Of a DNA stretch of 64,000 nt, positions 9,584 through 18,242 are shown one piece after another. Within the stretch, counting starts at the first letter, position 1, and each line of letters begins with the position of its first letter. Origin of the DNA: Thermoanaerobaculia bacterium. Its GTDB lineage: Bacteria > Acidobacteriota > Thermoanaerobaculia > Multivoradales > Multivoraceae. The DNA lies in the NCBI GenBank assembly GCA_963664405.1, contig OY761158.1, forward strand, positions 3,616,001 to 3,680,000. Direction: 5' to 3'. The position numbers were made by a program, and so were the translations under genes. The notes beneath the pieces were generated by a model. It saw nothing but the letters and a program-made list of their open reading frames with translations, was not told where the DNA came from and ran no database searches.

Positions 9584-9769
9584 ATGGCGGAAAAGCCCTC
9601 CGAGGTCGACTATAAGCCAGCCGAGTTCGAGCTGATGCTTCGCTCCACTGAAAGAGTGAGGGTTCTGGTGCAGCGCTCATGTCGCTGCTGCGCACCCTCG
9701 GATCTGCGAGTCAAAATTCAGCAGACTCTGGTCCTCTACGCGAGTAGTAGAGAGAGCTTCCGGGACTGA
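9584..9769 (+). CDS. Small Cys-containing protein resembling C-terminal half of RsrA/RshA anti-sigma factors
   Basis: ERVRVLVQRSCRCCAPSDLRVKI; SD GGGAG; follows ECF sigma. Confidence 0.6.
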   Translation: MAEKPSEVDYKPAEFELMLRSTERVRVLVQRSCRCCAPSDLRVKIQQTLVLYASSRESFRD

Positions 9770-9794
9770 TCGACCGGTTCCTGCGCCGGGTGGC

Positions 9795-11162
9795 ATGGCG
9801 TGCTACTCTGCGACCGCCACTAGGGTCGCGTCGATGTCTCGCCATTTGTTTCTCTTGCTGCTCCTCGTTGCCGTAGGCACGGGAGTCTTGCATCAAACCA
9901 CCCGTCGCCTCGAATTGGCGCTCGATTCCCCCTACCCAGTTTCGGCCGCGGAGCGTTATCGGCCCGAGTCGGCTGTCATTCCGGCTTTTTCTTTGGATGC
10001 TTTGCCGCCGGACTTGGACCTCGACCTTGCGGTCCCGGCGCGCTTGCGCCGAGGAGAGACTCTGGGGACGGTGCTTCAACGTCACGGGCTCGAGCCGGAC
10101 GAGGTCCAACGAGCCGCTGCGGCCGCCGCGGCCCACATCGACCTTCGGCGCTTGCGCGCCGGCGCTTCTTACCAGGCCTACTACCGGGAGGCGGGAGGGC
10201 TGGGCGGACTGGATCTACGAGTTGCTGGCAAGGGCATCTTCCGCCTTCGACGGCATCCGGATCGCTGGGTGGGGGAGTGGCTTGATTTCGCTAGGAGGGT
10301 GGTTACACGGTCTACCTCCGGTGTTCTCGAGCGTAGCCTCGAGGGCGCTGCTCGAGCCGCCGGTGCTCCCGCCGCGGTTGCCTACGAGATGGCTGACGTC
10401 TTGCAGTGGGACTTGGACTTCAACCGAGACCTGCGCCGCGGCGATAGCTTCGATGTCGTCTACGAGGAGTTGTATCTCGATGGTGAGCTCTTCGAGGTTC
10501 GCAGCATACTGGCGCTGAAATACCAGAACCAGGGGCGAAGCCTGGAGGCCTATCGCTATCGGGATGGCTACTACGACGCCGACGGCCGGCCGCTTCGCAA
10601 ACAGTTCTTGCGCTCGCCGCTCCAGTATTCTCGGGTGACCTCGAGCTTCAGCGCGCGGCGCTTTCATCCGATTCTCAAGGCCTATAGACCCCACTATGGC
10701 GTCGACTATGGTGCACCCACCGGTACACCGGTTCGCGCCACCGCGGCTGGAGTCGTGAGCTCGGCGGGCTCGACGAGCGGCGGTGGAAAGACGGTAAGCG
10801 TCCGCCACGCGAATGGTTACGTCACTTCTTATCTGCACCTCTCGCGCTTCGCCGCTGGACTCCGGGCTGGGCGCAGAGTAGCCCAGAGCGAAGTCGTCGG
10901 CTACGTGGGTGCGACGGGGTTGGCGACGGCGCCGCATCTCGACTATCGGGTTCAACAGGGAGGCCGCTGGCTCAACCCCGCAGGTCTCGTCAACGAGCCG
11001 GCACCGCCGATTCCCGAGGCCGAGCGCGAGCTCTTCGTCGCTAGCCGTGATGCTCTACGAGAGCAGCTGGGGCGAATTGCCGGTGACGCCTCAGGCAGCA
11101 CTCTGGTTGCGACAGCCACGAGCCCGCTCGAGATCTCGGGCTCTGCGGCCGGCGGTCGCTGA
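9795..11162 (+). CDS. M23 family peptidoglycan endopeptidase (MepM-like)
   Basis: HYGVD, YLHL, PHLDY zinc motifs; start uncertain (ATG 9834 possible). Confidence 0.9.
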   Translation: MACYSATATRVASMSRHLFLLLLLVAVGTGVLHQTTRRLELALDSPYPVSAAERYRPESAVIPAFSLDALPPDLDLDLAVPARLRRGETLGTVLQRHGLEPDEVQRAAAAAAAHIDLRRLRAGASYQAYYREAGGLGGLDLRVAGKGIFRLRRHPDRWVGEWLDFARRVVTRSTSGVLERSLEGAARAAGAPAAVAYEMADVLQWDLDFNRDLRRGDSFDVVYEELYLDGELFEVRSILALKYQNQGRSLEAYRYRDGYYDADGRPLRKQFLRSPLQYSRVTSSFSARRFHPILKAYRPHYGVDYGAPTGTPVRATAAGVVSSAGSTSGGGKTVSVRHANGYVTSYLHLSRFAAGLRAGRRVAQSEVVGYVGATGLATAPHLDYRVQQGGRWLNPAGLVNEPAPPIPEAERELFVASRDALREQLGRIAGDASGSTLVATATSPLEISGSAAGGR

Positions 11163-11175
11163 GGCGGGTGCACTA

Positions 11176-12192
11176 GTGCCCACAGTCGAGGCGCGGGCGC
11201 CGTGCCGCGTGGACCTTGCCGGCGGCACTCTCGATATCTGGCCCCTGGGCCTTCTCCACCCCGGAGCGATAACGGTCAATGTGGCGGTGGGGGTGTGGGT
11301 ACAAGTTACGCTCAGCGAGCGAGAGAGCGGCTGGGAAGTGGTGCTTCCGGCCGGCGAGGTGGAGCTCCACACTCGCGCCGAGTTGCTTGACCGCGAAGAC
11401 ACCGCCCTGATCGGCCGGGTGGTGGAGCACTTCGCTCTACCGCCGGCGAGGATAGAGCTCCACAGCGAATCGCCTCAGGGGGCCGGGCTGGGAGCGAGCT
11501 CGGCGTTGACCGTGGCGTTGATTGCGGCCTGCGAGAGCTTTCTCGGTCATCCGGCCGGCGAAGTCGAAGCGACGGCGCATCTCGCCCGCGATCTCGAGGC
11601 CGCGCTGATGTCGCTGCCGACAGGAACTCAAGATCACTATCCGGCTCTCTTGGGAGGAGCTCTGGCGATCCACCACCAGCCTGGCGGAGAGCGGGTGGAA
11701 TCGTTGCCTGTCGACCTGGACGCGCTCGGGCGACAGCTGATAGTGGTCTATTCAGGTCACAGCCACTTCTCCGCCGGCAACAACTTCGATGTGCTCTGTC
11801 GCCGCCTTCGAGGGGACTCGGAGACCACGGCCGGCTTGGGCGAGATCGCGGCTACTTCGCAGCAGATGGCGTCGGCGCTTGCGCGAGCGGAGCTAGAGGT
11901 CGTGGGCCGGCTGATGACTGAGGAGTGGCAGGCTCGACGGAGGCTGTCGGAGGTGGTCTCGACCCCGGAGGTGGAAGAGATTCTCGAGCTGGCCCACGAG
12001 GGCGGGGCTTTAGGAGGAAAGGTCTGCGGTGCGGGCGGCGGTGGCTGCGTGGCTCTGCTGTGTCCGCCCGAGCGCCGCAAGAATGTGGAGAGCGCGGTGA
12101 TCGGCGCCGGATACCGACTCCTGGCGGCCGTCCCGACGGCGTCATCGTTGGAGCTTAGCTCCGAAGCGCTGGAGGTTGGGTTCCGACTCTAG
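11176..12192 (+). CDS. GHMP family sugar kinase (HddA-like)
   Basis: APCRVDLAGGTLD, PQGAGLGASSA, GTQD, GKVCGAGGGG. Confidence 0.85.
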   Translation: MPTVEARAPCRVDLAGGTLDIWPLGLLHPGAITVNVAVGVWVQVTLSERESGWEVVLPAGEVELHTRAELLDREDTALIGRVVEHFALPPARIELHSESPQGAGLGASSALTVALIAACESFLGHPAGEVEATAHLARDLEAALMSLPTGTQDHYPALLGGALAIHHQPGGERVESLPVDLDALGRQLIVVYSGHSHFSAGNNFDVLCRRLRGDSETTAGLGEIAATSQQMASALARAELEVVGRLMTEEWQARRRLSEVVSTPEVEEILELAHEGGALGGKVCGAGGGGCVALLCPPERRKNVESAVIGAGYRLLAAVPTASSLELSSEALEVGFRL

Positions 12193-12278
12193 CCCCGGAA
12201 AACGGGCCTCCGGCCCGTTCTCCGGCCCATCCCCCCCTAAGAACTACTCGCCTGTCCGATTCTCGGACACGCTCCTAG
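12189..12278. repeat. CTAG-bounded double-hairpin element (type C), copy 1
   Basis: Near-identical to 53601-53691; hairpins AACGGGCC/GGCCCGTT and TGTCCGA/TCGGACA. Confidence 0.85.
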
Positions 12279-12543
12279 CGCGCGCGCTCGTCCAGCGCGC
12301 GATAGGCCTGCTCGAGACTGAAGATAGGCGGCGGCAGTGAAGGCATCAGGCAGTCGTGGGTCGGCCTCACTCATTCGGCCTCTGGTCTGTTCGAGGTCGG
12401 CTATCAGGCGATGCACTTCGACGACACTGCTGATACTGGGGGCGGAAGAGATTGTCTTGGCCCTGGACGCGGTGTGACCGGCCCGTGCTCGACCGAGTGA
12501 GTTAGCTAATCCGTAGCTCAAGTTCTGCGTAAGCGGACTTTTT

Positions 12544-12578
12544 ACGGGGCGGGCCTCTAGGCCCGCCCCGTTTTTTTT
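12544..12578 (+). terminator. Strong intrinsic terminator
   Basis: Perfect inverted repeat ACGGGGCGGGCCT/AGGCCCGCCCCGT followed by 8 T. Confidence 0.85.
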
Positions 12579-12720
12579 GTCTCGATTGGCGCCGGTGGGG
12601 CGCCTCTCCCTTTGGTTAGTAGATCGAAGTGCTCTCTTGAGGGCGAGGGGAGATTGTGGCACCGTTCCGAAAGCTGTATTTGCATTTAGATATTTATAGA
12701 TATGCCTCGAGGATTACGTC

Positions 12721-15700
12721 TTGAAGATCTGCTGTATCCCGCTCCTCGTTCTAGGTCTTCTCGTCGCGCCGCGGCAGCTGACAGCACAGTCTTGTCCGGA
12801 GCCCTCGCCTAGCTGCGCGCCCGACTTCTGCAACAAGACCCCAGCGGTCCCGGCACCGCCGGCGCTCTGGGATGAGCTGAAGGCGGTGTCCATCCTTTCC
12901 GATAGCAGCGGCCTGGACGATTTCGACGCCGGTGCCTTCGAACGGACCACCTCGGTCTTTCCCGTCGACGGCTTGCTCTTTGTTACACTTATCAAGCGCT
13001 TTCAGATCTGGGACATCTCCAACCCCGAGGTACCGGTGCTGAGGGAGTCCCACTCGCTCAATTCCCTAGAGCGGGACGGGCTGGATACAGGCTCGGTCGA
13101 TCGCCACTCCTTCGCGGCGCTCCGTTCGGTGCGAACTCCACCGAATGACTCCGGCATTGCGGTCATCGCCGCCGAAAAGGGAATCGGAACCGCCATTTTC
13201 GACACCCGCGCGGGAAGCAAATCGGCCCTCCTCTATCAGGACCACAGCGGCGGCAGTAGCGGCAGCGAGGAAAAGGACGCCTTCCAAGTCGAGGTGCTCC
13301 ATAACGGCAATGGTCGCGATTACGCTTTCGTTGCGGGAGACCTTCAGGGAGCGGCCCTTCGAGTCTACGACCTGACCCGGGCCCGCACTCTAAGTGGTCC
13401 TTGTGTCGAGAGTATTCCAGCCGCGCCAAACAGCCTCTGCAACGGTGTGCATGTGGGCTCGCTCGCACTTGGCTCGAATACCATCGCCGACGGCGTCTCT
13501 GGCGTCGGCGATTTTGTGGTCGTCGGCAGGCAGAAAAGGAGCGGTCTGGGCGGCGGCAAAACCGGTTTTGCGATCTACGACGTCTCGAACCCGGCGAATC
13601 CCGTGGAGAGGCTGAGCGCAATCGAGAGTACAACAACCGGCGGCGTCGCGATGTGGCGCCAGCTGAACCCGCTTGGCGGGCACTTTTACTATGTCGGCGT
13701 GCGCATCGCCGGAGAGGGAAGAATCTACGATGTGAGCTGCGTCGCCAGTGGCTCGTGCTCGTTGGCTGCCGGTGATCTCAAGTGGTCGCAGGCGATGAAT
13801 TCTGCTCACACCGGTCGGGTCACCTTTTCTCGAAGTGACGGCACCCCCTTCCTCTACTTTGCGGCCAACGTCGAGGGTTGCTCGGTGTCCGATCAGGGAG
13901 AGTGGATCTTCGACGTCAGCGAGCCGAGCTTGCCGCGTGACGTGACTCCGCAGAACATCATCTTTGTGCGCGGAGACCCGACGGGGTACTGGTCGTGGTA
14001 CTCGGCGGAAGGGCTGCAGGGGTACAACCTCGCGATCGGCAGGCAGGGTATGTTCTCCGGTCGCTACTTCTTCAGGGCTGCGCGTTCATTGCTGGACTCT
14101 CATCGCTGGGTCGGCTCGGGAGGGCCGCAGGCACCAGTGATCGGGGCTATCTCCGCCAGCTCCAGAGCCAGGGGTGGTGGCGCGGTCTCCGTGACGCAGT
14201 GCGAATCCGTCGAGTTTATGGCGGAGGGCGTGCTCGGCGGCACCGGGGGCGACTACGACTGGGTGCTCCTGGATGGTGGCGGTTCCAGCACCGGCGTGAC
14301 CGAAGAGAACGGCACGGAGCTCTTCGTGTGGAACTCGAGCGACTCCCCGATTCTCGGCCCTGGCACTTTTCGCGCGGAGCTGACTTTGACGAATGCGGTG
14401 GGATCCGTCACCTGTCCGATAGAGTGTGCTGGGGGAAGTGAAGCAGTGCTCGTGTCCGCACCTGCCCCCCTGCCGTTGTCATTGAGCTTCACTCCCAGCT
14501 GCAGTGTGTCCGGTCTTACCGTGACCTGTAGTGCAAATGTGTCGGGAGCGTCGGTCTTTGACTGGGACTTCGGTGACAGTACTCAGACCGGTCCTACCAG
14601 CGATGCGACGGCTCAGCACACCTACGCGAACACCACTGCGTCGTACAACGTAACGGTTCAGGTATCCAACTGCATCGACATTTCGCCTCGAGGCAGCCAG
14701 GCGGCAGAGGTTGAGGTCTCCTTTGCGACAGTGACTCCGACGCCGTTGCCCACTGCGACGCCCGGTCCCTGTGGTGGGGCCTCACTCGGCTGCGTCACGC
14801 CGGGGCCGCCTCCGCCCCCGGCAGCGACGTCGACGCCGCGACCGCCGACCCAGACTCCTACACCGTCAGGGCCCACTCCTACGTCGTCGTGTAGTGGAGT
14901 CTCCCTGGGGTGCACTACGCCGACGCCTTCGGGCCCGACCCCGACCCCTACAGTGCCAGTACAGAGCAACTGCGTAGAGAGCGCCACGGCTCTCTGCCTC
15001 AACCAGAATCGCTTCCGGGTCGAGGTGGCCTGGCACAGCGGGATCGCAACCGGGGATGGGCAGGCGGTCAAGATAACGCCCGACACCGGGTACTTCTGGT
15101 TCTTCAACCCAGACAACGTAGAGATCATCGTCAAGGTTCTGGATAGCTGTGGCAGCAGTTTCGACAGCTTCTGGTTCTTTGGCGGCGGGCTCACCGATGT
15201 CTTCGCAACGATCAGGGTTACCGACACAGAGACGAATGAAGAGAAGATCTATCAGAACCCACTCGGAACACCGTTCGAGCCAATCCAGGACACCGCAGCC
15301 TTTGCTGCCTGCGACTCCGGCGACACCCTGGTCGCGGGCGCTCCTTCTCTCGGAGGCCGTGCCGGCGGAGTCTTTGGTACCGTGAGGAGCGCGCTGCAAT
15401 CCTTGCTGGCGAGACTTGGCGGCGACGACATTGGAGAGCGGATCAACGTACCGGGTCCCGGCGGTCCGACACCTCCGGCGCCGACACCGACACCGCCGAG
15501 CGGGCCGGCACCGGATCCGTGTCCCACGGGTGCCCTTTGTCTCCAGGACGGGCGCTTCCAGGTGACGACCACCTGGCGCACGCCGGAGGGCGGGTCGGGC
15601 GTGGGCCAGCCCGTAACCTTGACCAGTGAGACGGGTTACTTCTCCTTCTTCAACAGCAGCAATGTCGAGCTGGTTGTCAAGGTCCTCGACGCCTGCGCGA

Positions 15701-15867
15701 CCACCTTTGACTCGCACTGGGTCTTCGCCGCCGGTCTGACCAACGTCGAAGTCGATCTCACGGTGCTGGATACCGCCAGTGGAGAGTCCAGGATCTATAC
15801 CAACCCGCAGGGTGTGCCTTTCGAGGCGATCCTGGACACCGCAGCCTTCTCCACTTGTAGCTTCTAG
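12721..15867 (+). CDS. Large secreted multidomain protein (LVIVD-like repeats, PKD domain, Pro/Thr linkers, duplicated C-terminal domain)
   Basis: Signal peptide; IWDISNP/IYDVSNP repeats; WDFGD...HTY PKD motif; two LCL..RF.V..W domains. Confidence 0.85.
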   Translation: MKICCIPLLVLGLLVAPRQLTAQSCPEPSPSCAPDFCNKTPAVPAPPALWDELKAVSILSDSSGLDDFDAGAFERTTSVFPVDGLLFVTLIKRFQIWDISNPEVPVLRESHSLNSLERDGLDTGSVDRHSFAALRSVRTPPNDSGIAVIAAEKGIGTAIFDTRAGSKSALLYQDHSGGSSGSEEKDAFQVEVLHNGNGRDYAFVAGDLQGAALRVYDLTRARTLSGPCVESIPAAPNSLCNGVHVGSLALGSNTIADGVSGVGDFVVVGRQKRSGLGGGKTGFAIYDVSNPANPVERLSAIESTTTGGVAMWRQLNPLGGHFYYVGVRIAGEGRIYDVSCVASGSCSLAAGDLKWSQAMNSAHTGRVTFSRSDGTPFLYFAANVEGCSVSDQGEWIFDVSEPSLPRDVTPQNIIFVRGDPTGYWSWYSAEGLQGYNLAIGRQGMFSGRYFFRAARSLLDSHRWVGSGGPQAPVIGAISASSRARGGGAVSVTQCESVEFMAEGVLGGTGGDYDWVLLDGGGSSTGVTEENGTELFVWNSSDSPILGPGTFRAELTLTNAVGSVTCPIECAGGSEAVLVSAPAPLPLSLSFTPSCSVSGLTVTCSANVSGASVFDWDFGDSTQTGPTSDATAQHTYANTTASYNVTVQVSNCIDISPRGSQAAEVEVSFATVTPTPLPTATPGPCGGASLGCVTPGPPPPPAATSTPRPPTQTPTPSGPTPTSSCSGVSLGCTTPTPSGPTPTPTVPVQSNCVESATALCLNQNRFRVEVAWHSGIATGDGQAVKITPDTGYFWFFNPDNVEIIVKVLDSCGSSFDSFWFFGGGLTDVFATIRVTDTETNEEKIYQNPLGTPFEPIQDTAAFAACDSGDTLVAGAPSLGGRAGGVFGTVRSALQSLLARLGGDDIGERINVPGPGGPTPPAPTPTPPSGPAPDPCPTGALCLQDGRFQVTTTWRTPEGGSGVGQPVTLTSETGYFSFFNSSNVELVVKVLDACATTFDSHWVFAAGLTNVEVDLTVLDTASGESRIYTNPQGVPFEAILDTAAFSTCSF

Positions 15868-16119
15868 GGCGGGGCGCCCAGGCGGGGCCTGCCCTCCTGG
15901 CGAGCGCGGTGGCCGGAGGCGGGAGTGACACTCCCCCTCTTGGGGGCCGACGATGTCAATCGGAAGATCACTCGGGCGGTGTAGCTCTGCTGGGGCGCAT
16001 CGCTAGCAGACCCGCGGAGCACCCCGGTCCCTGACGCCCCCTCGCGGCCCGCCCCTGCAAGCGACCGCCGGAGGACTACCCCTTGTCTTCGCGCCCCGCC
16101 GAGGCTATCCTGCCTCGGG

Positions 16120-16884
16120 TTGCGACTCTTCCTACTCGGAGAGCTGGTGCGGCGAGACTTCAGGGCTCGCTATGCCGGCTCGCTATTCGGCTTCGTGTGG
16201 TCCTTTGCGCTGCCGCTCTGGCAGCTCCTGCTGTTCACCTTTGTCTTTTCCGGGGTGCTGCGAGTTTCGCTGACGGGTGAGCGCACGCAGAACTTCGCTC
16301 TCTATCTCTTCTGCGGGCTTCTTCCGTATATGGCCCTCAACGAAGGGGTCAACCGCGCAGCGACGGCGGTCACCGATAACGCGCCGCTGGTCAAGAAGCT
16401 ACGATTCCCTCTCGCTCTTCTCGTCGTCACGGTGGTGACCACCGCTTTCCTTCACGAGGCTGTCGCGCTCACGGTTTTCGTGGTGGTCCTCATCGTTCTC
16501 GGCGAAGGAAGTCTGAGCAGCCTGCCGCTACTCGCGATCGCGATCCCGCTGCAGCTCTGTCTGACCCTGGGGCTGGGCTTGCTGCTCGCGACACTCCACG
16601 TGTTCGTTCGTGACACAGTCCAGGCGCTTGCTCTTCTCTTCAGCGCACTCTTCTACTTCACGCCCATCGTGTACCCGCTGTCCATGGTTCCGGAAAGATT
16701 CCTAGCGTGGATCGCGCTGAATCCGCTCACCCCTCTAGTGGCGATGTATCGCTCGGCGCTCCTCGGCGGCGATGCGCCTTCGATCCGAGCCTTGACTCCC
16801 CTTCTCCTTGCCTCGGCCACGGCGCTGGTGGTCGGAGTTACCGTCTTCCACAAGTGCAGCAGCGCCTTCGCCGACGAGCTCTAG
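16120..16884 (+). CDS. wzm: ABC-2 polysaccharide export permease
   Basis: RDFRARYAGSLFGFVW, FYFTPIVYP, LNPL, FADEL. Confidence 0.9.
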   Translation: MRLFLLGELVRRDFRARYAGSLFGFVWSFALPLWQLLLFTFVFSGVLRVSLTGERTQNFALYLFCGLLPYMALNEGVNRAATAVTDNAPLVKKLRFPLALLVVTVVTTAFLHEAVALTVFVVVLIVLGEGSLSSLPLLAIAIPLQLCLTLGLGLLLATLHVFVRDTVQALALLFSALFYFTPIVYPLSMVPERFLAWIALNPLTPLVAMYRSALLGGDAPSIRALTPLLLASATALVVGVTVFHKCSSAFADEL

Positions 16885-16944
16885 CTCCCACTGTGGCAGG
16901 CGGCTGAGCCGCGGCCGGAGGACCGAAAATGATGAGCCACTCCA

Positions 16945-17004
16945 TGCGCCGTCCTCGGCGCCATTCTCGAGCAGGTGCAGGAAATGATAGCGATCACTTC
17001 CTGC
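16945..17004 (-). repeat. Solitary copy of the REP-like unit of the 50.5-kb array
   Basis: TGCGCCGTCCTCGGCGCCA and GGAAATGATAGCGATCACTTCC are reverse complements of the two hairpins in 50540-50890. Confidence 0.8.
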
Positions 17005-17024
17005 GGCTGGGATAATCACCCGAT

Positions 17025-18242
17025 ATGGCCGGTTCAGTGGTCGCGGTTCGGGGCCTCGAGAAAACGTACAAGGTGTTCTCCAGCCCCTGGGAACGCCTGT
17101 GGGAGGCGCTTGGGGGTAGCCCTCGTCACCGCCCCTTTCGCGCGCTCGAGAACGTCAGCTTCGAGCTCGAGGCGGGGGAAGCCCTGGGTGTGGTCGGAGA
17201 GAACGGCGCGGGCAAGAGTACGTTGCTCAAGATCCTGGCTGGGGTTCTCGAGCCCAGCGGCGGTGAGCTCGAGGTTCGCGGCAAGGTAGCTTCGATTCTC
17301 GAGCTCGGTTCCGGCTTTCATCCCGAGTTCACCGGACGTGAGAATCTTCTTCTCAATGCTGCCATCCTCGGACTCGGCCGCCAGGAGACTCTCGCCAAGC
17401 TCCCACAGATCCTCGAGTTCAGTGAGCTCGGCGCTGCCATCGATCAGCCGGTCAAGGCCTATTCGACGGGTATGACGATGCGCTTGGCCTTCTCGATAGC
17501 CACCCAGGTGGAGCCCGACGTGCTGATTGTCGATGAGGCTCTGTCGGTGGGAGACGGTTACTTTCAGAAGAAGAGTATGGACCGGATGACAGAGCTGGTC
17601 CGTGGCGGCACCACCCTGGTCTTCTGCTCCCACGCGATGTACTACGTCTCGTCGTTCTGTGAACGGGCTCTATGGCTACGCCAGGGCTGTGTCGAGAAGC
17701 TGGGTACGTCGCGGGATGTGATTGTCGACTACGAGGGGTATCTGCTGGAAAAGGGGCGGGCCGAGGAGGTGGACGAAGAAGAGGCGGTAGATGCGGGAGC
17801 CGTCGAGGAGCGTCCTTCGGGTCCTGCCCGGCTGGTCCGGGTCGAGCTGGTCGAGCCGCGAGAGGAGGCCACTTCTCGTCACCCCGGGGAGCCCTGGGCG
17901 CTCGAGGTGAGTTGGGAGTGCGATGACGAGAACCTCGCCTTCCAGCTCGGTGTCGGGGTGAATCGCAGCGATGGCACCGAAGTCTTTTCCTGTGAAACGG
18001 TCGGTGTGGAGGGGTTTCCCCTCACTGGGGCCAGACGCTATGTGGCTCGGCTGTGTGTGCCCCGGCTCCCGTTGGTGAAGGGCGATTTCGAGGTCTACGT
18101 TCATCTTGGCGACGAGAAGGGCCTACACGTCTACGACCGCGACCGATTGAGCCCGGGCTTCGTCGTGCGCGGCGAGACCTACAGCTTCGGCCTGGTGCAA
18201 GTCGAACATCGCTGGGAGGTCGAAGAATGCGGCTCGGGGTAG
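17025..18242 (+). CDS. wzt: ABC polysaccharide export ATPase with C-terminal carbohydrate-binding-type domain
   Basis: GENGAGKST, YSTGM, DEALSVGD, ~150-aa C-terminal extension. Confidence 0.92.
   Translation: MAGSVVAVRGLEKTYKVFSSPWERLWEALGGSPRHRPFRALENVSFELEAGEALGVVGENGAGKSTLLKILAGVLEPSGGELEVRGKVASILELGSGFHPEFTGRENLLLNAAILGLGRQETLAKLPQILEFSELGAAIDQPVKAYSTGMTMRLAFSIATQVEPDVLIVDEALSVGDGYFQKKSMDRMTELVRGGTTLVFCSHAMYYVSSFCERALWLRQGCVEKLGTSRDVIVDYEGYLLEKGRAEEVDEEEAVDAGAVEERPSGPARLVRVELVEPREEATSRHPGEPWALEVSWECDDENLAFQLGVGVNRSDGTEVFSCETVGVEGFPLTGARRYVARLCVPRLPLVKGDFEVYVHLGDEKGLHVYDRDRLSPGFVVRGETYSFGLVQVEHRWEVEECGSG

Noticed and set aside
12437-12460. tmRNA or SRP RNA
   Set aside because: GGGGGCGGAAGAGATT resembles a tmRNA 5' end, but there is no GATTCGAC, no T-arm/CCA end and no SRP core motif
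12237-12662. Minus-strand 141-aa ORF
   Set aside because: Crosses the terminator and the type C repeat, weak start, no recognisable family
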